A stretch of DNA of 29,101 nucleotides from a virus. Lineage: Duplodnaviria; Caudoviricetes. Position 1 is the first letter of the stretch. Every line of letters begins with the position of its first letter. Positions 7,636 through 15,435 of this stretch are shown here, one piece after another. The stretch covers positions 1 through 29,101 of IMG/VR virus record IMGVR_UViG_3300016643_000068. One strand, given 5' to 3'. Both the position numbers and the translations under genes were made by a program. The notes under the pieces are model-generated. The model had not been told where the DNA came from, searched no databases, and saw only the letters and a program-made list of their open reading frames with translations.

Positions 7636-8549
7636 GCCTTGCCTCCTTCAGGTCGAGCGTCGAGCACCCGGAACTGGCTCACGGTCTGGTACTGCTCGCC
7701 GAGTTCAGGATGCGCCGCGAGGAGTCGCTTCGTGTCCACGCCGGCGCGCGTGCGCTGCTTGTAGCTCACGCGCCACCCGCCGCCCACGCCGACCTCGGCC
7801 TGCCCGAGCGCGGTCAGGAGCGCAGCTTTCGCCGCGTCGAGGTCACGATCGGCAGCCGTAGCCGCCTCTCGCGCGAGCGCGTAACGCTCGACAATCTCGC
7901 TCGGGATGTGCGTCATGGTGTCTGGAGCCCGGTGCACGCGCGCCGCTGTGTCGAGCGTGAACGAGCCCTCGGGCTGCACATCGGCGAGGATGTGCTTCTC
8001 CCACCATTCCGTCGCCCTGGCCTCGATCTCGAGGCAGTAGCCCTCGTCGCGCGGCACCTCGTAGAGCGCGAAGCCGAGCCGCTGCCCGTCGAGGACCGCC
8101 ACATACGCCTTCTGCGAGTCGGCGCAAAGCATCTGGTGCTGAACCTGGAGCATGACGGCCTCGGGCACGGCCGACGAGCCATCGGCCCCGTAGCCGACGG
8201 GCTGCCCGTGGCACTTGGCCTCCACGATGTCGGCCCCTCGCTCGAAGCGATCGAGCATCCCGTCCACATTCGCGCGCAGGAAGCCGCGCACGAAGGTGCT
8301 GCTCGGCGCGCACACCTTGCGCCCGAGCCGCTCACTCGCCATCGCGAGGAGCGCGGGCTCGACGGCCGAGCCGATCTTCGCCGCCTCGCTCGGGTAGTCC
8401 TGCTGCGTCGCCACTCGCCCGGTCTTCTCGGCCCACACATCGACCGGGGTCTTCCATCGGCTCACGCCGAAGATCGCTGCCATGTCACTTGATCCGAGGC
8501 CGCGCGTGCGGGCCTCTCGCTGTCTGTCCGTGATCATTACGGTCTCCAT
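7632..8549 (-). CDS. YqaJ / lambda-exonuclease-like recombination nuclease
   Basis: RGLGSSDMAAIFGVSRWKTP..VWAEKTG, ANVDG, VEAKC and QVQHQM. Confidence 0.9.
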   Translation of the reverse strand: METVMITDRQREARTRGLGSSDMAAIFGVSRWKTPVDVWAEKTGRVATQQDYPSEAAKIGSAVEPALLAMASERLGRKVCAPSSTFVRGFLRANVDGMLDRFERGADIVEAKCHGQPVGYGADGSSAVPEAVMLQVQHQMLCADSQKAYVAVLDGQRLGFALYEVPRDEGYCLEIEARATEWWEKHILADVQPEGSFTLDTAARVHRAPDTMTHIPSEIVERYALAREAATAADRDLDAAKAALLTALGQAEVGVGGGWRVSYKQRTRAGVDTKRLLAAHPELGEQYQTVSQFRVLDARPEGGKA

Positions 8550-8700
8550 TCTCGATTCGCTCGACTCTCATAGATCGAGGCCCGATGCAGTCGAGCACGC
8601 ACTTGGCCTCGGTGGTCTTGGCGACCACGATGTAGATCTCTTCGGTGCCACAGGTGATCCGCAGCCCCTCCCCGTCACGCCTAACGATCCGCAGGCTCAT
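8485..8700 (-). CDS. CsrA/RsmA-like RNA-binding protein (divergent)
   Basis: LRIVRRDGEGLRI...IYIVV...CVLDCIGPRSMRVERIE parallels the CsrA pattern LxLTRRxGExxxI...VRLGIxAPxxxxVxREE. The ATG at 8700 lies in an ATGA overlap with GAGGAG upstream. Confidence 0.55.
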   Translation of the reverse strand: MSLRIVRRDGEGLRITCGTEEIYIVVAKTTEAKCVLDCIGPRSMRVERIENGDRNDHGQTARGPHARPRIK

Positions 8701-8876
8701 GCGTGACTCCTCGGCCTGCCTGCCGGCCGGCGCTCGAATCGCGGTAGGTCGGCCGCGTGCCAGGCGTAGCCCTGCCCGATGCGCGCTGCCGGCTCGATGC
8801 CTCGAGCGCGTGCCATCTGGAGGATGCGCTGGGCGCTCACGCCGACGGCCTCGGCGACCTGCTTCGTGCTCATCAT
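8697..8876 (-). CDS. 59-aa Xis/MerR-like winged HTH DNA-binding protein
   Basis: MSTKQVAEAVGVSAQRILQMAR..G..PA.RIG..YAW, a C-terminal GRPR AT-hook-like motif, and an ATGA overlap. Confidence 0.7.
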   Translation of the reverse strand: MMSTKQVAEAVGVSAQRILQMARARGIEPAARIGQGYAWHAADLPRFERRPAGRPRSHA

Positions 8877-9046
8877 GGCTCGTCCGCCATCCGGTCGCGC
8901 AGACAATGCCAGCACTCGACATGGTCCTCGACCTCGCCGGGCTTGCCGAGCACGAGTTCGACATGGTCACAGGTCGGACAGGTCACGCGCACGCACTTGC
9001 TCTCGAGGTCTTTCCATGCGTCGATGCTCGCGGGGTCATCGCTCAT
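8873..9046 (-). CDS. 57-aa zinc-ribbon protein (absent from ORF track)
   Basis: Manual translation gives MSDDPAS...VTCPTCDH...VECWHCLRDRMADEP*. AAGGAGG SD; the stop overlaps the next ATG. Confidence 0.65.
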   Translation of the reverse strand: MSDDPASIDAWKDLESKCVRVTCPTCDHVELVLGKPGEVEDHVECWHCLRDRMADEP

Positions 9047-9119
9047 CGCTTGCCTCCTTGAAGCAATCCCATCCGCGATGTCCGTACTTCGTGTTCTTGT
9101 ACCTGCCGCCTACTGGCAT
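9036..9119 (-). CDS. Possible 27-aa micro-ORF
   Basis: GAGGAGG SD followed by MPVGGRYKNTKYGHRGWDCFKEASDER*. It fills the gap between its neighbours. Confidence 0.35.
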   Translation of the reverse strand: MPVGGRYKNTKYGHRGWDCFKEASDER

Positions 9120-9358
9120 GGCTTGTCCTCCTCAAACAGGTAGCCCCATCCGAGTTTGTTCGCGGTGACCCTGCCATCGCCGCCTCGGTACGCCTCCATC
9201 AGCGAGCAATACGACTGTCGCACCTCGTCGCGCTCGGCGCGGAGCCGTTCGATCTCGTCGGCGGCGTCGCTCAACAGCAGACCCAGCACCGATGACTTCG
9301 TTTCCCGCTGCTTCTGCGCGTACAGGCGCAGCCGCGCCACGATGTCATCGCCTGCCAT
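9110..9358 (-). CDS. 82-aa hypothetical protein with DIVARLR...AADEIERLR motif
   Basis: A common phage short-protein motif; GGAGG SD ahead of the ATG at 9358. Confidence 0.65.
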   Translation of the reverse strand: MAGDDIVARLRLYAQKQRETKSSVLGLLLSDAADEIERLRAERDEVRQSYCSLMEAYRGGDGRVTANKLGWGYLFEEDKPCQ

Positions 9359-9752
9359 CGCACACCTCCCCGCGCATCTGGCGCGCGATCGCTTCCATCG
9401 AGCCGAGCAGCGAGAAGGCGCGCTCCGTCCACTCCTCGCCGGCCTCGCCAGGTGTCGGCTCGCCGTCCATCCGGCACTCGTGCAGGCACGCCGCGTAGCC
9501 GGCCACATCGAGCGCGTTGTCGGGCTTGGACGAGTGCTGCTCGCGCGCGAGCTTGTCGAGGATCATCATGGTCGCCCAGTCGGCCGGGGTCAAAGGCACG
9601 GCCAACTTGTGCCCGAGCACGGCGTTGATCGCGCCGACCGTGCGCGCGAAGTGCCGCGCCGGCGGGCCGTAGGATCGGCCGCGCTCCTCGACGATGTCGG
9701 CCGCCTGCCGCAGCATGGCCGCTCGAGGCGGGGTCGGTTCAGCCTTCTCCAC
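9345..9752 (-). CDS. DUF6378-like protein
   Basis: ERGRSYG...HF...ADWATMMILDKLAR...DNALDVAGYAA. Confidence 0.7.
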   Translation of the reverse strand: MEKAEPTPPRAAMLRQAADIVEERGRSYGPPARHFARTVGAINAVLGHKLAVPLTPADWATMMILDKLAREQHSSKPDNALDVAGYAACLHECRMDGEPTPGEAGEEWTERAFSLLGSMEAIARQMRGEVCDGRR

Positions 9753-9987
9753 GGTAGACCTCCTGCGCGATCTCGCGCGACTCGAGGAAGACGATGCGAT
9801 CGGTGAGCCGCTTGCGCTCGATCGCCCAGTCCTGCCGCTCCTGGCTCATCGCGGCGATCAGCCCTTGTATCCGCATCGACTGCGCGAAGAGCCGATCGGC
9901 GGCCGCGTGCACGGTCGCGTCGTTGAGGTAGGTCACGCCGGCGCGCAGGAGCCGGACGAGAGATTCGGTGGTGGTCATGGTGCTCAT
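9739..9987 (-). CDS. 82-aa helical hypothetical protein
   Basis: Colinear ORF with an LVRLLR...AAADRL pattern similar to 9110-9358. Confidence 0.55.
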   Translation of the reverse strand: MSTMTTTESLVRLLRAGVTYLNDATVHAAADRLFAQSMRIQGLIAAMSQERQDWAIERKRLTDRIVFLESREIAQEVYRGEG

Positions 9988-9992
9988 GGTGG

Positions 9993-10238
9993 TCAGAATG
10001 GGAAGTCGGCCTCGGGTGCCGGCGCTGCGGGCTTGGCGGTCTGGTCACGCTCGCGCGGCTCGGAGAACTTGAGCGAGAGGAACTTCTTCCCGCTCGCGGC
10101 CTCCTTCACCCATGCCGCGATCTCGACTCGCTTCCCGTTCACCATCGCGTCACCGCGATAGTCGGGTGTGCGCTCGCCCTCCTGCTTCTTCTCGTTGCGG
10201 AATAGGCTGCCGCTGCCGTCTCGTAGTTCGTATGCCAT
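9993..10238 (-). CDS. Small ssDNA-binding-like protein (DUF736-like)
   Basis: GSLFRNEKK...PDYRG...IAAW...KFLSL, then a Pro/Ala linker and an SSB-type acidic tip EADFPF. AAGGAG SD. Confidence 0.7.
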   Translation of the reverse strand: MAYELRDGSGSLFRNEKKQEGERTPDYRGDAMVNGKRVEIAAWVKEAASGKKFLSLKFSEPRERDQTAKPAAPAPEADFPF

Positions 10239-10253
10239 GTCGTGCTCCTTTGA

Positions 10254-10478
10254 TTAGATGGTTTCTTCTTCTTCTTCTTGCTGCAATCGTTCCAGATCTT
10301 TGCATACATCGTCGGCCGCCAACAACGTGCCGATGAGTTCCTCGAATGTCAGGCCTCGAACGACTAGGTCATCACCACTTTTCGTCCTGTCTCTGAAAAG
10401 ACAGATGAGAGCATGATGGATGCAATGTTGAGCCGAATAGGGTGGCCGGCTTCCGTCATCTTCGGTGAGGTCTTTCAT
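10254..10478 (-). CDS. 74-aa acidic hypothetical protein with locally lower GC
   Basis: AGGAG SD; A/T-ending codons are conspicuous relative to the flanking genes. Confidence 0.55.
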   Translation of the reverse strand: MKDLTEDDGSRPPYSAQHCIHHALICLFRDRTKSGDDLVVRGLTFEELIGTLLAADDVCKDLERLQQEEEEETI

Positions 10479-10497
10479 TCGTGTCGTGCTCCTGGGG

Positions 10498-10917
10498 TTA
10501 GGGGTTGGGGTTGATCGCGTCGAACGCTCGACGCGCCTTGGCGGCGTAGCCGTCCGTGGCTTTCCGGCGCTTGGTCGCGCCGGCTGGGCCGCCGTTGTGG
10601 ATCCTCGCGATCGTGTCGATCGACCAGTCGCGAGCGTAGCGCGAGAGGTACGCGATCACGACGCGCTCGGCGTACTCGCGGTCGGTCACGGCCTCGTAGC
10701 CGCGCTCGCGAAGGGTCGGGTCGTACTCGCACGCATCGACCCAGTAGACGCGCCAGACTTGGTATGCGCCGAGCGCCTTGCCGCCGTCGCCGACGGCGCG
10801 ATCCGGGTCGCGCTCGCCGCCAGTCTCGACGGCCTGGAGCGTGTCGAGGATGCGGCGCACATCCGTGCCGGCGGGAGGCGGGACAGTCATGGAGGCAGCG
10901 AGGAGGGCGGCGATCAC
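10498..10917 (-). CDS. Lysozyme-fold muramidase of invertebrate (i-type/destabilase)-like type with hydrophobic N-terminus
   Basis: AVETGG (candidate catalytic Glu), GAYQV..VYWVDA and IARIHNGGP. The GTG start at 10917 lies in a GTGA overlap with GGAGG upstream. Confidence 0.75.
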   Translation of the reverse strand: MIAALLAASMTVPPPAGTDVRRILDTLQAVETGGERDPDRAVGDGGKALGAYQVWRVYWVDACEYDPTLRERGYEAVTDREYAERVVIAYLSRYARDWSIDTIARIHNGGPAGATKRRKATDGYAAKARRAFDAINPNP

Positions 10918-11174
10918 GCGCGGCCTCCCTTCGCCATAGCGCCGACTGCGACCATGTAGCCGAAGGTCTCGTCGAGTTCTTCGTCGTGCTCGATCGACTG
11001 GACCGCCGCGATGCCGCAGCGAGTCAGGAAGTCGGCCGCCACGCGCACATGAGAGGGCGACCCGGAGATCGTGAACTCGTCGCCCCAGCGCCAGCACATT
11101 TCCACATCGCAGTTAGTCTCGCGCTTGATGATCTGCGCGAACTTGATTGAGGCCTGCTTCAGAGTGTCGCTCAC
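10914..11174 (-). CDS. 86-aa hypothetical protein, first gene of the putative early operon
   Basis: AGAAGGA SD before the GTG; follows the largest AT-richer gap. Confidence 0.6.
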   Translation of the reverse strand: MSDTLKQASIKFAQIIKRETNCDVEMCWRWGDEFTISGSPSHVRVAADFLTRCGIAAVQSIEHDEELDETFGYMVAVGAMAKGGRA

Positions 11175-11220
11175 GGTTCAGTTCCTTCTAGGGGTCGGGC
11201 TCCATGCCCGCCACGCACAC

Positions 11221-11248
11221 ATCATCGCCCATTTGCGCCCTTGCGCAA
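11221..11248 (-). promoter_or_regulatory. Putative sigma70-like early promoter
   Basis: TTGCGC-N16-GATGAT on the minus strand, ~45 nt upstream of 11174. The -35 lies in the palindrome TTGCGCAA. Confidence 0.4.
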
Positions 11249-11350
11249 TAGGAAACCCTACAGATTCCCGCAGATTGTCATAACTGGCGGCGCGGTCTAG
11301 GGTTACGCCGTGTCACCCATTTGAGCCGTGGTAATATTTCCACTTCGGAG

Positions 11351-11719
11351 TTATTGGTCACCCTGCGCGTCGGCCTTCCGCCGGCCGCAGCACCCTCGCC
11401 GCGTCGCGCTAGGCGCGCTAGGAGCCGCTCTGGCGGCCTCGTCGCTCGACCCCACCGAGACGGCCACCCACGCGCCGCGAGGGCAGGACTCGCCCGCCAC
11501 GCGGATCTTCGCGCCCGTGAAGCAGCCGCACGCCGTGCAGCGCCCGCAGTCGTGATCCTCGCACGCGAGGCACGCGGCCCAGCGCGCGCGCACGACCTCG
11601 GTCGGCGCAGCCTGCACGCCGAGCGCGGCCTTCGCCACGCCGACCGCGCCACGCACTAGGTCGCCGACGGTAGGGCTCTGGTCGCCGTCTCCGCGCTTCC
11701 ACCGGGTCGTGTGGCTCAT
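11351..11719 (-). CDS. 122-aa Cys-rich metal-binding protein (DUF6171-like)
   Basis: R..AC..C...CGRC..CGC...AK......CP...W pattern; ATGA-coupled to the upstream Cys-rich gene. Confidence 0.65.
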   Translation of the reverse strand: MSHTTRWKRGDGDQSPTVGDLVRGAVGVAKAALGVQAAPTEVVRARWAACLACEDHDCGRCTACGCFTGAKIRVAGESCPRGAWVAVSVGSSDEAARAAPSAPSATRRGCCGRRKADAQGDQ

Positions 11720-13101
11720 GGCGTGATCCTATTCACGATGATCTCGTCCGGAACGCCTCGAGCGATCGCCGCCTCGCGCGTGATCGCGTTGCATCCGCCC
11801 GGGGTCGTGCAAGTGCACGCCGCCTCATCCTCGACCGTCGAGAGCGAGTAGACAGTCGCTGGGTCGGCCTCGGTGTAGAGGCTCCACGCGATGCAGTCCG
11901 TGCCGTCGAGCGGGGTCACGCCAGGTGTCTTCCGGTACTGAATCGCAGAGACGAGCGGAGGCGTTGCGAGCGTGATCGTGGCTCGGTCGAGCTTGAGCAC
12001 GCGAGACGCTCCCGCACTCGTCGAGGTCGAGTAGAGACGCGGGTCGTGGCAGCCACGGTAGTACGCCGTGATCGTGTTCGAGATGCTCGTCGGCCCGGTG
12101 AGATTCCCGTACGCCGTCTGGCTCGTCCATCCCATCGTGTAGTACCGCTGCCAGACCTTGAACTGGATCGCGACCTCCGTCTGGCAGCAGCAGTCGGCGA
12201 ACGTGCACGCGCCGCATCCCGCGCTCGTGCCCATCGTCGTGCTCGAGCATGATCCCGAAGTCGGGCCGTCGGCGGCCGCGCACGCCGTAGTCGAGCGCGT
12301 GCGATGCCGATACACGCATCCCGAGGTTGAGATCGTCGGGTTGCCGTCGGGCCCGTTCGTGCTCGAGGTCAGCGACGCGACCCAGCCGCTCGAGGCCGTC
12401 GATCCCGCCCAGGTGAATCGGATGGTGCCGGCCGACGAGTAGGGCGCTTCGACCGAGAGCCCGCCCTGAACGCGGGTCTGGTAGATCTGCCACGGATGGC
12501 AGCATGAGCCCGAGCCTCGGAACTGAATCTCGCCGATGTCATCGGTGAGCAGTCGGCACTTCGTGCTCGATGTAGTCGCGATGCACGGGTAGGCGTTGCC
12601 CGGAGGTGAGCAGCCATACGAGACGGGATACTCGCAGACGTTCACATAGGGAACGATGTCGGCCCAGATCACGAGCGCCGTCTGGTTGTTGAGATCGAAG
12701 CCGCAAGTCGTGGTCTCGCGCTCGACGCCGATGTCGAGGATGTAGGCGTTCGCTGCGTTAATCGGCGTGAGCGTGTTCGAGTTGCAATAGATGTAGGTGC
12801 TCGTCGGGCTGACACACGCCCCGCCCACATTGGTGCATCCCGGCGTGCTTGAGAAGTCACCATCGCATCGACCGCAGTAGAGGCCGTGCACGATGTCATC
12901 GTCATCGATGTACCCCGTGACATCATCGACCACGATCTGCACATCGTTGCATCGTTGATCGACTTGCACCTTCCCCGTGCTGCCCGGAAAGACGATCTCG
13001 TAGATGAACTGGCTGCCCGTCACGGGCGAGTAGCCCTCGGGCCCAGCGCCACACGCGCACGGGCTCACGACGCAGCAGCACGCCCGCGACGGGTTCAGCA
13101 C
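11716..13101 (-). CDS. 461-aa Cys/Thr/Ser/Gly-rich protein, putative virion or host-recognition protein
   Basis: About 31 Cys counted by hand, including CCC twice. Beta-strand-like composition, no signal peptide, located at the end of the late operon. Confidence 0.7.
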   Translation of the reverse strand: MLNPSRACCCVVSPCACGAGPEGYSPVTGSQFIYEIVFPGSTGKVQVDQRCNDVQIVVDDVTGYIDDDDIVHGLYCGRCDGDFSSTPGCTNVGGACVSPTSTYIYCNSNTLTPINAANAYILDIGVERETTTCGFDLNNQTALVIWADIVPYVNVCEYPVSYGCSPPGNAYPCIATTSSTKCRLLTDDIGEIQFRGSGSCCHPWQIYQTRVQGGLSVEAPYSSAGTIRFTWAGSTASSGWVASLTSSTNGPDGNPTISTSGCVYRHRTRSTTACAAADGPTSGSCSSTTMGTSAGCGACTFADCCCQTEVAIQFKVWQRYYTMGWTSQTAYGNLTGPTSISNTITAYYRGCHDPRLYSTSTSAGASRVLKLDRATITLATPPLVSAIQYRKTPGVTPLDGTDCIAWSLYTEADPATVYSLSTVEDEAACTCTTPGGCNAITREAAIARGVPDEIIVNRITP

Positions 13102-13105
13102 GGGA

Positions 13106-13222
13106 TCACTTCTTCAGCCACTTCGAGAGCAGGCCGAAGTGCCCGACGATGAAGCCGGCCGCAGCGCAGAGAGCCGCGAACCACACCGAACCGAGCCACG
13201 CAGAGAATGAAGCGAGAATCAT
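13106..13222 (-). CDS. 38-aa membrane protein, holin candidate (absent from ORF track)
   Basis: Manual translation gives MILASFSAWLGSVWFAALCAAAGFIVGHFGLLSKWLKK*. ATGA overlap with the lipoprotein gene. Confidence 0.6.
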   Translation of the reverse strand: MILASFSAWLGSVWFAALCAAAGFIVGHFGLLSKWLKK

Positions 13223-13782
13223 GGTTTCCTAGTCCTCTTCTTGGGTTTCGCGGATGCCTTCCGCGCAGGAGCGTACCGACGGAACGCTTGATCGAAGATC
13301 CTATCCTCCTCGCGCCACTTCCACACCGCATCACGAGCCTCTTCGCCGCCGATGTCGATGAGTTGCGCGGCGAGCTTGGCCTGCTGCTGCTCGCGAGGTG
13401 TCACTAGCCCGAGCCATCCTCGGATGAACTTCCCGAGGCCAAGGTGCCAGATGATGAACACGATGCACGCAACCGTGCCGAAGATCATGCCGTATGTGAG
13501 CAGCGAGGCCCACCACGGCGTGATGTTGGCCGTGTTCGTGAGATAGACCTGCACCGCGTCCACGAGTCCCATGATCTCCTCCTGCTCTTGGATTCCGCCC
13601 TCGGCCTGCGTTCGGATCGTCGGGATCGACGGGTCGGGCTTCCCGGTCTCGGTGTGGATCACCTCGAAGCGTCGGCCGCTCGAGCGAGCGAGTGTGCCGA
13701 TCTCGTTGCTGCTCGAGGCGATGCGCTCTGTCGCCGTCGAGCAGCCGGCGAGCAGCACGAGCAGAGCGGCTAGTTGCCTCAT
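13219..13782 (-). CDS. Lipoprotein with internal transmembrane helix; unimolecular spanin candidate
   Basis: Lipobox LLAG-C14, a ~75-aa polar segment, TM WWASLLTYGMIFGTVACIVFIIW, and a basic C-terminus. Confidence 0.6.
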   Translation of the reverse strand: MRQLAALLVLLAGCSTATERIASSSNEIGTLARSSGRRFEVIHTETGKPDPSIPTIRTQAEGGIQEQEEIMGLVDAVQVYLTNTANITPWWASLLTYGMIFGTVACIVFIIWHLGLGKFIRGWLGLVTPREQQQAKLAAQLIDIGGEEARDAVWKWREEDRIFDQAFRRYAPARKASAKPKKRTRKP

Positions 13783-14102
13783 GGTTCACTCCACACGATG
13801 GACTCGATCGCGTCGCAGCAGATAGTCCGACTCGACTCCGAGCCATCCCAGACAACTGATTCTATTTGAGCGCGCAGCGTGTGATATTGATCTCGACGAG
13901 CCGTGATCGCATCGATGACTGGCTGCGCGGGGATGATTCCGAGCGCGGCGTTTCGCTGCGTGTGCTCCGGGGCCACCTCGAGGATGCTGGCGGTGCAGGC
14001 GGATCGCAGGCGATCGAGATGTTCCGATCGAACGATCTCAAAGATCCGATCGTCCTCGATCGTAACTGTCCCGTCTGTATGGTGGAGATACGTCTTCGGC
14101 AT
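13779..14102 (-). CDS. 107-aa tail-fibre-associated/chaperone-like protein
   Basis: Follows the fibre gene. Helical, ending ESIVW, as in fibre-assembly/DUF4376-like proteins. Confidence 0.5.
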   Translation of the reverse strand: MPKTYLHHTDGTVTIEDDRIFEIVRSEHLDRLRSACTASILEVAPEHTQRNAALGIIPAQPVIDAITARRDQYHTLRAQIESVVWDGSESSRTICCDAIESIVWSEP

Positions 14103-14104
14103 AG

Positions 14105-14905
14105 TCAGTTAGCAGAGATAAGCGCCACGAGCTGGCTCGCGCTTCCATCGTTGTAGGTGAATGTGGTCGGCGCTGGGTCGGCGAGATCGTGAGAACCGAT
14201 CGCTGAATACAAGCCGAGGATGCAGTCGTTTGCCGCCGAATCGAACACGCCGAGCGGGTTGCTTGCTCGAGATGAGATTCGGCCCATCGATCCCGTAGCG
14301 GTCGAGTAGATGACGGCGACCCAGTAGAGGCCAGGTTGCAGCGTGACCAGTGGCGTGCCCGTGACCGCGTTGTAGCCATAGCCGCCGCCCGTGGCGATCG
14401 CCGCGCTGCCGTAAAGGCGCGTACTCGGCCTGCCGTCCGTGCCGTCCGGTTTGTAGATGGCGTATTTGACGTTCCCGCCGATCGTGCCGAACGTCTGACT
14501 AGCGATCGTCTTGATGCCGACCTCGTGCGGAATATAGAAGAGGTTGTAGTACGCACGATTCGCTACAGGAGTCGCGCCAGCGCCGCAAGCGAGAGCATTC
14601 AATGGCATCGAATAGATGCGCGCATTGCTCCCGCTGCTGGCATCTGTGCCGTCTGCCGGAAGTCGTGGACAGAAGAATGATTTGTCCACCCACTTGTTCG
14701 CCGTGCTGGTGTTCGATTGCAGCACATAGCCGGCGGTCGGACTGTCGGGGTTGCGGATCCAGCGGAAAACCGTCGAGGCGCTCGCATCCTCGGAGTAGAT
14801 CACGCCGTCGGTCGTGTTGATCGCCAACTCCCCCGAGACAAGTTCGCTCGTGGTCGGAACTTCGCCGGCATCTGCGCTGCGCTTATGTCGAATGATGTCA
14901 GCCAT
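14105..14905 (-). CDS. Tail fibre/receptor-binding protein
   Basis: N-terminal IRHKRS..AGEVPTTSELVSGELAINTTDG (Mtd_N-like anchor), a GYVLQSN..W fibre motif, and a beta-rich C-terminal domain. Confidence 0.65.
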   Translation of the reverse strand: MADIIRHKRSADAGEVPTTSELVSGELAINTTDGVIYSEDASASTVFRWIRNPDSPTAGYVLQSNTSTANKWVDKSFFCPRLPADGTDASSGSNARIYSMPLNALACGAGATPVANRAYYNLFYIPHEVGIKTIASQTFGTIGGNVKYAIYKPDGTDGRPSTRLYGSAAIATGGGYGYNAVTGTPLVTLQPGLYWVAVIYSTATGSMGRISSRASNPLGVFDSAANDCILGLYSAIGSHDLADPAPTTFTYNDGSASQLVALISAN

Positions 14906-15432
14906 CAGGTAGCCCCGTACTCGCCGCCGTCAAGTTCCTGCACGAGCCCGGACGGGCACGATCCGAAGATACGGTTGGGCGCGACGAACTCGTAGGAGAG
15001 CGTCCCATCGTTCGCTCTTCGCATGATCATCTCGACGTATGTCCCGGTCGGGACGGGCCCGATGTAGAAGCCGTCGGCATCGTCAAGCTCGAGCGAGGTC
15101 ACGGCGAAGCCGTACGCCGTCGTGCTCGTGTTCGCGAGTTCGAGAATGTTCACGGCCCACGCCGTGCCGGCGGCCGATCCGCTTCGGCCGTTCGTCACCG
15201 CCGAGACTCCCGTGCCAGTGTTGTCCGTGCGCCGCTTCTCCGTCCACGAATACTTCCACCGAGCCGTGCCGGCCGTGATGATCGTCGAGCCGTCGATCAC
15301 CGCCCAGAAGCGATAGGTGCGCGGCTCCTCGCCTCGAGCGTCGCCAGTCTTGGCAGCCTCGACGGTCTCGTAGAGTTCCCGCCATGTCTCCGGCGTGAGC
15401 GCACCTAGACCTCGTGTGATGCTCGGCTTCAT
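14905..15432 (-). CDS. 175-aa tail tip protein
   Basis: Position after the tape-measure module; beta-rich; ends in the LDGGEY motif. Confidence 0.55.
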   Translation of the reverse strand: MKPSITRGLGALTPETWRELYETVEAAKTGDARGEEPRTYRFWAVIDGSTIITAGTARWKYSWTEKRRTDNTGTGVSAVTNGRSGSAAGTAWAVNILELANTSTTAYGFAVTSLELDDADGFYIGPVPTGTYVEMIMRRANDGTLSYEFVAPNRIFGSCPSGLVQELDGGEYGAT

Positions 15433-15435
15433 GGA

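Noticed and set aside
8697-8876. Excisionase implying a temperate, integrating lifestyle
   Set aside because: No integrase or att-like context was found, and Xis-like HTH proteins also act as regulators.
14105-14905. Diversity-generating retroelement suggested by the Mtd_N-like fibre N-terminus
   Set aside because: No reverse transcriptase gene and no template/variable repeat pair was seen.
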